Position numbers and translations under genes: made by a program. Below are positions 1 through 8,987 of a stretch of DNA of 64,000 nucleotides, one piece after another. The notes beneath the pieces are model-generated. The model ran no database searches. It was not told where the DNA came from and saw nothing but the letters and a program-made list of their open reading frames with translations. Numbering within the stretch: the first letter of the stretch is position 1; each line of letters starts with the position of its first letter. Origin of the DNA: Myxococcota bacterium (GTDB taxonomy: Bacteria; Myxococcota_A; UBA9160; UBA4427); the NCBI GenBank assembly GCA_965250285.1, contig OZ252299.1, forward strand, positions 2,848,001 to 2,912,000. The letters run 5' to 3'.

Positions 1-963
1 GGGCCGGGCGAGGTGCGCGTGGCCGTCGAAGCGTGCGGCATCTGCGGCAGCGACCTGCACTTCTATCACGACGTCGGCTACGCGCCCGGGCACGTCCCCG
101 GGCACGAGATCGCGGGCCACGTCGATGCCTGGGGCGAAGGCGTCTCGGGGTTCGCCCAGGGCGAGAAGGTCGTCGTCGAGCCGATTTCGAGCTGCGGTGA
201 GTGCCCGGCGTGCAAGCGCGGGCAGCCGCTGTGGTGTCGTCAGGTCCAGCTCTACGGCGTGCAGCTGCCGGGGGGCATGGCCGACGAGCTCGTGGTGCCG
301 GCCGAGCGACTCCACCGCGTCGACGAGCAGCTCGACGCTGCGGTCGCCGCGCTCGTCGAGCCCGTCGCCGTCGGCGTGCACGCGCTGCATCGCGTGGCGC
401 TCGAGCCCGGCGAGCGGGTGCTCGTGCTCGGCGCCGGTGCGATCGGGCTGCTCTGCGCGTTCGCCGCGAAGGCGCTCGGCGCGGGCGACGTCTGGATCAC
501 CGCCCGCCACGCGCATCAGGCCGCGATGGCCGAGGCGCTCGGCGCCTCGCGCGTGTTGCCCGCGAACGAGACCGACGTGGCATCGCTCGATGCTCTCGGG
601 CGCCGCCACGAGATCGACGTGGTCGTCGAGACCGTGGGCGGCGCCGCCGACACGATCTCGCTGGCCGGTGCCGCCGTCCGACCGGGCGGACGCGTCTCGA
701 TCACCGGCCTCTTCACGACGCAGCCGACCCTCGAGACCTGGCCGCTGCTCATGAAGGAGGCCTCGCTCGTCTGGTCGAACTGCTACGCGACGCCGCCCGG
801 CGAGCCCGCCGAGTTCGAGACCGCCGCGCGGCTCGTCGAAGCCGAGCGCGAGCGCCTCGCCGCGGTCTGCACGCACAGCGTCCCCCTCGACGACGCGGTG
901 CGCGGCTTCGCGCTCGCTGGCGACAAGTCGAGCGGCGCCATCAAGGTCACCCTGACGACATGA
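1..963 (+). CDS. Zn-dependent alcohol dehydrogenase (MDR family), 5'-truncated by window edge
   Basis: Frame is open from base 1 (GPGEVRV...). Motifs CGICGSDLH, GHE, structural Zn CGECPAC..C and Rossmann GAGAIG. Confidence 0.9.
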   Translation, partial: GPGEVRVAVEACGICGSDLHFYHDVGYAPGHVPGHEIAGHVDAWGEGVSGFAQGEKVVVEPISSCGECPACKRGQPLWCRQVQLYGVQLPGGMADELVVPAERLHRVDEQLDAAVAALVEPVAVGVHALHRVALEPGERVLVLGAGAIGLLCAFAAKALGAGDVWITARHAHQAAMAEALGASRVLPANETDVASLDALGRRHEIDVVVETVGGAADTISLAGAAVRPGGRVSITGLFTTQPTLETWPLLMKEASLVWSNCYATPPGEPAEFETAARLVEAERERLAAVCTHSVPLDDAVRGFALAGDKSSGAIKVTLTT

Positions 964-1466
964 GCCGACGCGACGACCGCGACATCATCCGCGTGTGCTT
1001 CGTGTGCCTCGGCAACATCTGTCGCTCGCCCACCGCCGAGGGCATCATGCAGGCCCTCGTCGTCGAGGCCGAGCTCGACCACGCAATCGAGGTCGACAGC
1101 GCGGGCACCGCGGCGTACCACGTCGGCGAGCGCGCCGACGAGCGCAGCCGAGAAACCGCCAAGCGCCGCGGCGTCGAGCTGCGCAGCCGGGGGCGTCGCT
1201 TCGAAGATCACGACTTCGAGCACTTCGACTACGTGCTCGCGATGGATCACGACAACCTCGCGCGCCTGCACGACAAGGCGCCCCACGACGAGGCCCGCGA
1301 GAAGACGATGCTGCTGCGCGCATTCGAAGGCGAACACGCGGCCGACGAGCCGGTGCCCGACCCGTACTACGGCGGCGCGTCTGGCTTCGAAGACGTGTTC
1401 GACATCTGCGAGCGCGCGTGCCGCGGCCTGCTGGCGCACCTGCGCGCCGAGCACGAGCTCGACTGA
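960..1466 (+). CDS. Low molecular weight protein-tyrosine phosphatase
   Basis: P-loop VCLGNICRSPTAE and DPYYG motif. ATGA overlap with upstream stop sets the start at 960. Confidence 0.95.
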   Translation: MSRRDDRDIIRVCFVCLGNICRSPTAEGIMQALVVEAELDHAIEVDSAGTAAYHVGERADERSRETAKRRGVELRSRGRRFEDHDFEHFDYVLAMDHDNLARLHDKAPHDEAREKTMLLRAFEGEHAADEPVPDPYYGGASGFEDVFDICERACRGLLAHLRAEHELD

Positions 1467-1471
1467 GCGCG

Positions 1472-2326
1472 ATGGATCTCGCGCGCGTCGTCGAGCGCGT
1501 GACCAGCGAGGCGGTTCGCCGGGTCACACCCATCGGCGGCGGCGACATCGGCGAGAGCGCCCGGGCCGAGCTCGCCTCGGGCGAGCGCGTCTTCGTGAAG
1601 CACTACCCCGCCTCGCCGCCCGAAGCGGTGCAGCGCGAGGCCGAGGGGCTCGCCTGGCTCGCCGAGCCGGGCGCCCTGCCCGTCGCGCGCGTCCGCGGCT
1701 TCGACACCGCCGCACGCGTACTCGTCCTCGACTGGATCGAGCCGGGTCGCCCCACCCAGGCGGGCGACGAGGCGTTCGGCCAGGGCCTGGCCGCTCTGCA
1801 CCGCGCTCCCTGCGACGCGTTCGGCGCGCAGCCCGACAACTTCATCGGCTCGCTCGCACAGTCGAATCGCAGCCACGCGACCTGGCCCGCGTTCTTCGCC
1901 GCCGAGCGCATCGCGCCCCAGGTGAAGCGGGCCGTCGACGCCGGGCTCTTCTCGAGCGCCGACGCGGCGAAGGCCGACCGACTGATCGCGCGGCTCGAAG
2001 GCGTGCTCGGCCCCCCCGAGCCGCCGGCCCGGCTACACGGCGATCTCTGGGGCGGCAATCGGCTGTGCGACGAAACGGGCCGATCGTGGCTCATCGACCC
2101 GGCCGCGTATGCGGGTCATCGCGAAATCGACCTCGCCATGATGCAGCTCTTCGGCGGCTTCTCGGCTCGGGTGTTCGATGCGTACGCCGAGGCCCATCCG
2201 CTCGCTCCCGGCGCCGCCAATCGCACCGGCATCTATCAGCTCTACCCCGTGCTGGTGCACGTGAATCTCTTCGGCGGGCACTACGTCGAATCGGCGCGCC
2301 GCATCGTCGACCAGTACGTCGGTTGA
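1472..2326 (+). CDS. Fructosamine/ketosamine-3-kinase family protein
   Basis: GGGDI, FVK, DNFIGSL.Q.N, LHGDLWGGN, IDPAAY.GHRE.DLAMMQLFGGF and YQLYP.LVH.NLFGG motifs. Confidence 0.93.
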   Translation: MDLARVVERVTSEAVRRVTPIGGGDIGESARAELASGERVFVKHYPASPPEAVQREAEGLAWLAEPGALPVARVRGFDTAARVLVLDWIEPGRPTQAGDEAFGQGLAALHRAPCDAFGAQPDNFIGSLAQSNRSHATWPAFFAAERIAPQVKRAVDAGLFSSADAAKADRLIARLEGVLGPPEPPARLHGDLWGGNRLCDETGRSWLIDPAAYAGHREIDLAMMQLFGGFSARVFDAYAEAHPLAPGAANRTGIYQLYPVLVHVNLFGGHYVESARRIVDQYVG

Positions 2327-2504
2327 CGGCGCGCCCGGGCGCCTCGCCTCCGGGGCAGCGGCGCGACTCGACCGAGCGATCGCCAAGTGCCCGTTGCTCG
2401 CCGCTTGTCCCTGGGCTACCTGGACAAACACATCAACGTCGAGGGTGACCTCGGCCGTATCGCGCTCCGGGCATCTCCAGGCAGAGAGCCCCGGAGGCAA
2501 GACA

Positions 2505-2692
2505 CGCGAAACGGTCCGAGGCGGGGCAAACGCCGTATACCGAATACAGGCGTGCGCTCCGCGGGAAACCGGTGTGAATCCGGTGCGAGCCCGTCGCTGT
2601 AACCGGGGACGACCCGCAGACCAATGCCACTGGCCGAAACGGCTGGGAAGGCCTGCGAAGTCGGTTGATCCGGAAGCCAGAAGACCGGCCCT
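2505..2692 (+). ncRNA. Cobalamin (AdoCbl/B12) riboswitch
   Basis: Conserved elements in order: CGGTC (2512-16, pairs with GACCG 2683-87), GGGAA-ACCGGTGTGAATCCGGT (2563-), GCCCGTCGCTGTAA, GCCACTG (2626-32), GGGAAGG (2645-51), B12 box AGCCAGAAGACCGGCC (2675-90). Lies upstream of DUF4465 and TonB receptor genes. Confidence 0.93.
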
Positions 2693-2915
2693 CGAGCGGC
2701 TTTGCGGTTCTCCGGTGCAGAGAACGTGAAGCGTGGGATGTGCGTCGATCCAGGGGCCCTGCCTCTGGCTGCGTGCTGCGCGCGCTCGACCACCCCCTCG
2801 TTTCCGACATCGACCCGAAGACCTGCATCGCCGTGACGTCGAGCGGCGGTCCGCAGGGGATCGTCGTCCACCCTCGACGCGCGCTCGGCGCAGCGCGCAG
2901 AAGGGAGCGATCCCA

Positions 2916-4523
2916 ATGCGGACGCACGCGCAATGGCTGGGGATCGGCATCGCGGCCGGTCTCATGCTCTTCTTGGCCCAGGCGACTCGACCGACACCGG
3001 CGCTGGCCGGCCCCTATGCGGGCCCGCCCTATCTCGCCGGCGACATGGTGGCCTGGGCGACCTCGGTGGCCTCGTTCGATCGAGGACCGGTCGACATCGC
3101 GGACCCGACCGGTCCGCTCGCCAGTGTCGGCACCGCCTCCGACGCGCTCGGCGCGCAGGATTCGTCGGTCGTTTCGCTCGGTGATGCCGGATCGATCACG
3201 GTGACGTTCGATGACGTGATCGGCGACGGCGCCGGTGACGACTTCGCCGTGTTCGAGAACGGTTTTCTCGCCACGGGAAGTGGCGAGATCTTCGCCGAGC
3301 TCGCACACGTCGAAGTCTCGAGCGATGGCATTCAGTTCGTTCGCTTCGCCTCGATCACGCTCGACGCGCCTCCGCCCGACGAGCGTGGCGGCTTCTCGAC
3401 CCTCGACCCCACCGACATCGACAACTTTGCGGGCGACCAGCCCGCGCCCTTCGGCACGGGGTTCGACCTCGGCGAGCTGAGCGCGCATCCGCTCGTGCTC
3501 GACGGTCAGGTCGACCTCTCTGCCATCTCACACGTGCGCCTCGTCGACGTGATCGGCGACGGCTCAACAGAGGATTCCCTCATGCAACCCATCTACGAAC
3601 CCTATCCGACCCCCTTCCCCTCTGGCGGCTTCGATCTCGACGCCGTCGGCGTCATCCACGTGCCCGAGCCGAGCACCGGCGCCGGCCTGCTCGCGGGCCT
3701 CGGCCTGTTGCTCGGCTTGCGCCGGCGCCGCACGGGCCTGGCGGCGCTCGCGACCCTCGCCTTCATGACGACGGCCATGGCCACGCCTGCGAGCGCCATC
3801 TTCGTCGACTTCGAAGACCAGGGCCTCGTGGTCGGCGAGTTCGACAACGGCTCGGGCGGCGAAGGCGGCTTCGTCTCGGGCGGCCAGACCTTCGAGAACA
3901 CCTTCACCGATACCGGCACCTTCACCTTCTGGAGCGGCTTCTCGTCGTCGGCGGTGCGCGACGTCACGACCGCCGGCTTCGGCAACCAGTACGCGGCGTA
4001 CAAGCTCGACGGCATCCCCGGCAGCGGGGCCGATGACAGCGTGGGCTACGGCGTGTACTTCCAGGGCTCCGAGCGCCTGGTGCTCAGCGAGGCGGCGGTC
4101 ATCGAGAGCGCGTTCATCACGAACACGACGTATGCCGGGCTGTCGATGCTGAACGGCGACGCGTTCGCCAAGAAGTTCGGCGGCGAGACCGGCGACGACC
4201 CCGACTTCTTCACGGTGTCGTTCATCGGCTACGACGCGCTCGACGAGATCACGGGCACCGCCGAGTTCTTCCTCGCCGACTACCGGTTCGCCGACAACAG
4301 CCTCGACTACATCATCGACGAGTGGACCGAGTTCGATCTGTCCGGACTCGGTACGGTGAGCTCGGTCGGCTTCGCGTTCGCCGGCAGCGACATCGGAGAC
4401 TTTGGCCTGAACACGCCGGCCTACTTCGCGATCGACAACATCTCGATCGTGCCCGAGCCGTCGACGGCGCTGCTGGTGGGGCTCGGCCTCCTCGGACTCG
4501 CGCGCCGGAGCCGCACCGCGTAG
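2916..4523 (+). CDS. Secreted tandem PEP-CTERM protein: surface domain + internal PEP-CTERM + second signal peptide + DUF4465 (BtuJ-like B12-binding) domain + terminal PEP-CTERM
   Basis: SD GGAG at 2904-07 and ATG at 2916. Signal peptide ends PALA. VPEP-TM-RRRR at 3660-3731. DUF4465-type motifs [55 protein letters not shown]. Terminal VPEP-TM-RR from 4449. Confidence 0.85.
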   Translation: MRTHAQWLGIGIAAGLMLFLAQATRPTPALAGPYAGPPYLAGDMVAWATSVASFDRGPVDIADPTGPLASVGTASDALGAQDSSVVSLGDAGSITVTFDDVIGDGAGDDFAVFENGFLATGSGEIFAELAHVEVSSDGIQFVRFASITLDAPPPDERGGFSTLDPTDIDNFAGDQPAPFGTGFDLGELSAHPLVLDGQVDLSAISHVRLVDVIGDGSTEDSLMQPIYEPYPTPFPSGGFDLDAVGVIHVPEPSTGAGLLAGLGLLLGLRRRRTGLAALATLAFMTTAMATPASAIFVDFEDQGLVVGEFDNGSGGEGGFVSGGQTFENTFTDTGTFTFWSGFSSSAVRDVTTAGFGNQYAAYKLDGIPGSGADDSVGYGVYFQGSERLVLSEAAVIESAFITNTTYAGLSMLNGDAFAKKFGGETGDDPDFFTVSFIGYDALDEITGTAEFFLADYRFADNSLDYIIDEWTEFDLSGLGTVSSVGFAFAGSDIGDFGLNTPAYFAIDNISIVPEPSTALLVGLGLLGLARRSRTA

Positions 4524-4530
4524 CGGGGCC

Positions 4531-6594
4531 GTGCTCTGGGTCTCGCCCGGCATGCGCCTGACCGGGGCGGCGGCGCTCGCCGTCGTCCCGGTCCTCGCGT
4601 TCTCGGTGGTGTCGGTCGCGACCCCCGCCAACGCGCAGGATCGGGTGCAGCCCGACGACGACCCCGAGATGGAGGTCGTGCGCGTGACGGGCATCCGCAC
4701 GGGTCGCTTCCTCGACGCGCCGAGCGCGTCGGTCACGCACATCGACCTCGAATCGGTGCGCGCCGAAGGCAAGACGATCGACGAGCTGCTGGGTGAGCAG
4801 GCGGGCGTACAGGTGCGCCGCTTTGGCGGCGCAGGCGAGCCGGCGACGCTGTCGATCCGGGGCAGCAGCGCAGCGCAGGTCGACGTGACCCTCAACGGCG
4901 TCAGCATCAACAGCCCGCTCACCGGGGGCGTCGACGTGTCGGAGCTGTGCATCGGCAACGTCGACGGTGCCTCGCTCACCCGCGGCGGTCGCGACGCGAT
5001 CGGCGGCCGCGTCGATCTGTCGAGCCCGCTCTCGACCGGCGAGCGTCAGATCATGGCCGGCGGCTCGTTCGGCTCGTTCGGCACCTGGCGGGGCGAGACC
5101 CATTTCTCGGACACCCTCGGCGTCGACGATGCGAAGCCGACAACGACCGGCGTCGATCTCGCGCTCGGCTACTGCGGCTTCAAGACCGACGGCGACTACA
5201 CCTTCCAGCGACCGGTGCAGGACAACGGCGACCAGGTCATCGAGCCCGAGCCGGCGAGCGCGAAACGCGTCAACAACGATCGCCAGAAGCACGCGGGGCA
5301 CGTCGGCTTCGGCCTGCCGATCGGCGAGCGACACCGCATCGAGCTGCGCGACTACGTCGCGTGGAAGAAGGGCGGCGTGCCGGGCCTCGACTCGGCCATC
5401 GACACGAGCCCCTTCGCCGGCCAGGATCGCAATGCGCGCGGTGAGCAGCTGACCAACGTCGCCATCCTCGACTGGCGCAGCGCCGAGGTCGGCTGGCTCG
5501 GCGACGAAGCTGCGCTCGGCGTCTACCACCACTATCAATCCGACGACTACGACAACCCCGCCGAGCCCGCGTCGGTCGAACCCGACGTCTCGATCGAGAC
5601 GCACATGCACCGCGGCGGCGTACGCTCGCTGCAGCGCTGGGTGCGCGACGCGTTCGGAGGCGTGCACGAGCTCGGCGTGCGCTTCGATGCGAGCCGCGAC
5701 GCCGTCTATTCGGACGCGGCGCTCACGGGCGACCGCGCGCGGACGAACGTCGAAGGCGACGCGACGGTGTCGTCGACCTTCTTCGGCGATCTGCTGACGG
5801 TGGCCCCCGGCCTGCGCGTCGCCTGGACCCAGGGCTTCGATCCGGCCTGGCTGCCGAGCCTCGGCGTCGTCGTGCAGCCCCTCGACTGGCTGCGCCTGCG
5901 CGGCAACGTCTACCGCAGCTGGCGCCCGCCGAGCTTCGACGAGCTCTACCACCCCGACCGCGGCTTCATCCGGGGCAACCCCGACCTCAGCGCCGAGCGC
6001 TCGATGGGCGTCGATGGCGGCCTCGACCTGATCTTCGACGCGGTCGGTCCGCTCGAGCGCCTGCGCTTCACCGTCGGTGGCTTCTACGACGAGCGCGACG
6101 ACGAGATCGTCTGGACGCAGGTGAGCCCGTGGGTCGTCGCCCCGGTCAACCTCTCCGATACCCGCTACGTCGGGCTCGAGCTCTCTGTCACCGGTGAGAT
6201 CACGCGCTGGGTCGGATTCGCGGCGAGCCACACCGAGCTCGACGCCACGCTCTCGTCGACCGATCGTCCACCGCCCGGCCGCGCCGAGCGGCAGAGCTTC
6301 GCCCGCCTGCGGATCGGCCCCGACGACGTCTGGAAGCTCGTCGGCGAGTGGCACTACACGGGCGAGATCGGCGCCTCGCTCGGCGGGCGCGTGATCTTGC
6401 CGGCACGACACGTCGGCAACGTGACCGCTTCGCTCGACGTCGCGCGCGTGGTGCCCCGGGTCTTCGACCGGGTCGTCGATTCGCTCTGGACCTACGTGGC
6501 CGTCGACAACGTCGGCGACGTCACGGCCCGGGATGCGCTGTTTGCGCCGCAGCCCGGCCGTTCACTCACGATCGGATTGGAGGCACGTTGGTGA
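4531..6594 (+). CDS. btuB: TonB-dependent receptor, probable cobalamin transporter (BtuB-like)
   Basis: Signal peptide, TonB-box-like EVVRVTG, plug motifs AGVQVRRFGG / SIRGSS..QV.V.LNGV, R.PSFDELY...GNPDL.AE, C-terminal GRSLTIGLEARW. Substrate inferred from the riboswitch. Start may be ATG 4552. Confidence 0.85.
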   Translation: MLWVSPGMRLTGAAALAVVPVLAFSVVSVATPANAQDRVQPDDDPEMEVVRVTGIRTGRFLDAPSASVTHIDLESVRAEGKTIDELLGEQAGVQVRRFGGAGEPATLSIRGSSAAQVDVTLNGVSINSPLTGGVDVSELCIGNVDGASLTRGGRDAIGGRVDLSSPLSTGERQIMAGGSFGSFGTWRGETHFSDTLGVDDAKPTTTGVDLALGYCGFKTDGDYTFQRPVQDNGDQVIEPEPASAKRVNNDRQKHAGHVGFGLPIGERHRIELRDYVAWKKGGVPGLDSAIDTSPFAGQDRNARGEQLTNVAILDWRSAEVGWLGDEAALGVYHHYQSDDYDNPAEPASVEPDVSIETHMHRGGVRSLQRWVRDAFGGVHELGVRFDASRDAVYSDAALTGDRARTNVEGDATVSSTFFGDLLTVAPGLRVAWTQGFDPAWLPSLGVVVQPLDWLRLRGNVYRSWRPPSFDELYHPDRGFIRGNPDLSAERSMGVDGGLDLIFDAVGPLERLRFTVGGFYDERDDEIVWTQVSPWVVAPVNLSDTRYVGLELSVTGEITRWVGFAASHTELDATLSSTDRPPPGRAERQSFARLRIGPDDVWKLVGEWHYTGEIGASLGGRVILPARHVGNVTASLDVARVVPRVFDRVVDSLWTYVAVDNVGDVTARDALFAPQPGRSLTIGLEARW

Positions 6595-8222
6595 TGACGA
6601 GACGATCCCTTCCCACCTTCGGCAAGCGACCGGGCGGGCGACGCCTCGTCGCGCTGTGCTGCCTCGTCCCCCTCTTGCTCGGTGGCCTCTGCGAGGGCAA
6701 GGGCAACCGCGGCGGACGGGCCGTCATCAACGAGGGCGGCGACTCCGAGTGCGCACCGCTCTTCGGCCCATTCCCGCCGGGCCTCGGTCAGCTGCCCCTG
6801 TCGGGCCGCGCGGTGATCCCGACGAGTGGGCCACAGACGCTCATCCCGTTCGAGCTGGGGGCGGCTTCGCCCGTGAACGTCGGCCCGGCCACGCCGACTT
6901 CGCTGCCGGCCGACAGCGACGGCGACGGCGACCCCGACTTCCTGCGCAGCATGGATCTCGGGTTCGGCGTCCGCACGCCGATCTTCGGCCGGCTCTCGGT
7001 GGTGCGTGAAGACCTCGTGCTGGTCAGCGCGAGCAACTATGAAGAGGTGCTGGCCTTCGATCCGGCGACGGCGACGCTCGAGACCCTGCGCGTGACCAAC
7101 CCGGACGCCTCCGGCGCGCACGATCCGGCCGATCATCCCTTCCTGCCGCCCGCCGGCACGACGGCGGACCGCACGGCGATCTCGACGCGCGTGTGCGTGC
7201 GGTCGCGCGATCCGGTCGACTCGCGCGGCGTCGCGATCGAGGCGACGTGCGACCCCGACGTGCCCAGCTTCTACACCGCCTTCACGGCAGGCCAGGCGGT
7301 GGTCGGCGATCTGCTCGTCGTCACGACGTCGAACCTCGCGCGCTCGGGCACCGGGCGATTCCATCCGGGCACAGTGCTGCTCTTCTCGTTCGACGACAGC
7401 GGCGCCCAGCCGGCCGTCGCGCCGCTCGTCGAGTCGCCCGTGCTCTTCACGACCGAGTACAACCCGACGAGCGTGACGCCCTTTCACACGGCGAACGGCC
7501 GCGCCCTCGCCCTCATCGGCAACACCGGCGCGATCCTGCTCGCGAGCGGCCCCGACTCGGTCGTGACCCCGGGCTCGATCGACGTCTTCGACGTCGCGAC
7601 GCGCCGCATCGCCGCGACGATCCCGCTCGGCCCGGCCGCGTTCGGGTTCGACGGCCTCACGATCGACCGGGCGACCGGCCTCGCGCTCGCAGGCTCTCCG
7701 ACCCAGAAGCAGATCTATGCCGTCGACCTCTCGCCACTCGACGACGAGTCGCTCTACGCCCGCACCGGGCCGCCGATCGTTCTCGACGGCAGTGACGCGA
7801 TCTACCCCGATGCGCGCATCTTCGATGGGGACACCCCCTTCGAGATCCCGCTGCTTCCGGGCGGACCCGATCCGGTCGTATGCGACGGGTCGACGAGCGT
7901 GCTCATCGGGCCCGATCGCGATGGCGACGCCGACCGGCGCGACGTGTACGTGACCGACAAGTGCGACGGCACGCTCACGATCGTCGACGTCGACCTGCGC
8001 AGCCCCGACGAGGTGCCGCTCTCACCGACGCGCTTCACCCTCGAGCGGCAGCTCGGCATCGCCTCGGCCAACGTGGCCTCGAATGCGGGCCAGGTGATGG
8101 AGCCGGGGCTCATGGTGCTCGGGCCGGCGGGCGAACAGCCCGGCGAGGACGGCCCGGCGCTCTACGTCACCATGAGCCGGCCATCCCCCGCCCTCTTCTG
8201 TGGGATCGCGCTCGACTTCTGA
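6594..8222 (+). CDS. Uncharacterised exported protein, probable lipoprotein with beta-propeller (YncE/BtuG-like) character
   Basis: TGATG coupling to the receptor stop. Basic n-region, hydrophobic stretch and LLLGGLC lipobox-like motif. Blade-like strands (GSIDVFDVATRRIAATIPLG, QIYAVDLS, VYVTDKCDGTLTIVDVD). DSDGDGDPD Ca-binding-like loop. Confidence 0.65.
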   Translation: MTRRSLPTFGKRPGGRRLVALCCLVPLLLGGLCEGKGNRGGRAVINEGGDSECAPLFGPFPPGLGQLPLSGRAVIPTSGPQTLIPFELGAASPVNVGPATPTSLPADSDGDGDPDFLRSMDLGFGVRTPIFGRLSVVREDLVLVSASNYEEVLAFDPATATLETLRVTNPDASGAHDPADHPFLPPAGTTADRTAISTRVCVRSRDPVDSRGVAIEATCDPDVPSFYTAFTAGQAVVGDLLVVTTSNLARSGTGRFHPGTVLLFSFDDSGAQPAVAPLVESPVLFTTEYNPTSVTPFHTANGRALALIGNTGAILLASGPDSVVTPGSIDVFDVATRRIAATIPLGPAAFGFDGLTIDRATGLALAGSPTQKQIYAVDLSPLDDESLYARTGPPIVLDGSDAIYPDARIFDGDTPFEIPLLPGGPDPVVCDGSTSVLIGPDRDGDADRRDVYVTDKCDGTLTIVDVDLRSPDEVPLSPTRFTLERQLGIASANVASNAGQVMEPGLMVLGPAGEQPGEDGPALYVTMSRPSPALFCGIALDF

Positions 8223-8240
8223 GCGGGCCGCTCAGCTGGC

Positions 8241-8987
8241 TCAACCGCGCCGCAGGCGATAGCAGACGAGCGATGCGGCCACGGCCGCGTTCAGCGACTC
8301 GACGTCGCCCTGCATCGGGATCGACACGGTCGCATCGAGCAGAGGCCGCACCGCGGCGCTCAGCCCGTCGGTCTCGTTGCCCACTGCGAACACGACCCGG
8401 TGGGGCGGCACCCAGTCGTCGATGTCGACGTCGGCCCGGGCGTCGAGCCCGACGCACGCAAAGCCGGCGCCCTGCAGCGTGGCGAGGCCTTCCCCCAGTG
8501 CGTGACAGCGCACGATTGGCGCGCGGAGCACCGTGCCCGCCGACGCCTTGACGACGAGGCCATTCACGAAGGGCACCCCGACGACCGGCCAGAGCACGCC
8601 ATCGATGCCCGCTGCCAGCGCCGTGCGCACGATCATCCCGATGTTCTGCGAGTTCGTGAGCCCGTCGAACGCGAGCAGGCGCGTGGGGGTTCGGGCCGCG
8701 CGACCGGTGCAGCCCGCGACGAACGCGTCGACGTCGCTCACGCCGCGCAGTCGCACGCGCATGGCCACGCCCTGATCGTGCCGGGGTGCGTCCGACAGGG
8801 CGCCGACCGCACGCGCCGGAACGACCTCGGCCTCGATGCCGCGCCGGCTCGCTTCCTGCCGAAGACGGTGCCGCTGCTCGCCCGGCAGCCGATCCGAGAG
8901 TCGCAGCTCGAGCGGCTCGACCGAATCGAGCGGCAGCGCCTCTTCGACGACGCGCCGACCGAAGATCACGATCTCGGTGCCGCTCAC
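8241..8987 (-). CDS. TrmH/SpoU family RNA 2'-O-methyltransferase (RlmB-like)
   Basis: IFGRRVVEEAL, HDQGVA, DGLTNSQNIGMIVRTA, VGNETDGLS and SIPMQGDVESLNAAVA SPOUT motifs. Start GTG 8987 (ATG 9005 possible). Confidence 0.9.
   Translation of the reverse strand: MSGTEIVIFGRRVVEEALPLDSVEPLELRLSDRLPGEQRHRLRQEASRRGIEAEVVPARAVGALSDAPRHDQGVAMRVRLRGVSDVDAFVAGCTGRAARTPTRLLAFDGLTNSQNIGMIVRTALAAGIDGVLWPVVGVPFVNGLVVKASAGTVLRAPIVRCHALGEGLATLQGAGFACVGLDARADVDIDDWVPPHRVVFAVGNETDGLSAAVRPLLDATVSIPMQGDVESLNAAVAASLVCYRLRRG

Noticed and set aside
2733..2915. Upstream extension of the PEP-CTERM ORF as called in the ORF track
   Set aside because: Lies in the riboswitch leader. The SD and signal peptide support ATG 2916.
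3760..3800. Independent start for the DUF4465 half at internal ATGs
   Set aside because: No stop for the first half, no clear SD, and starting there would remove the basic n-region and most of the h-region.
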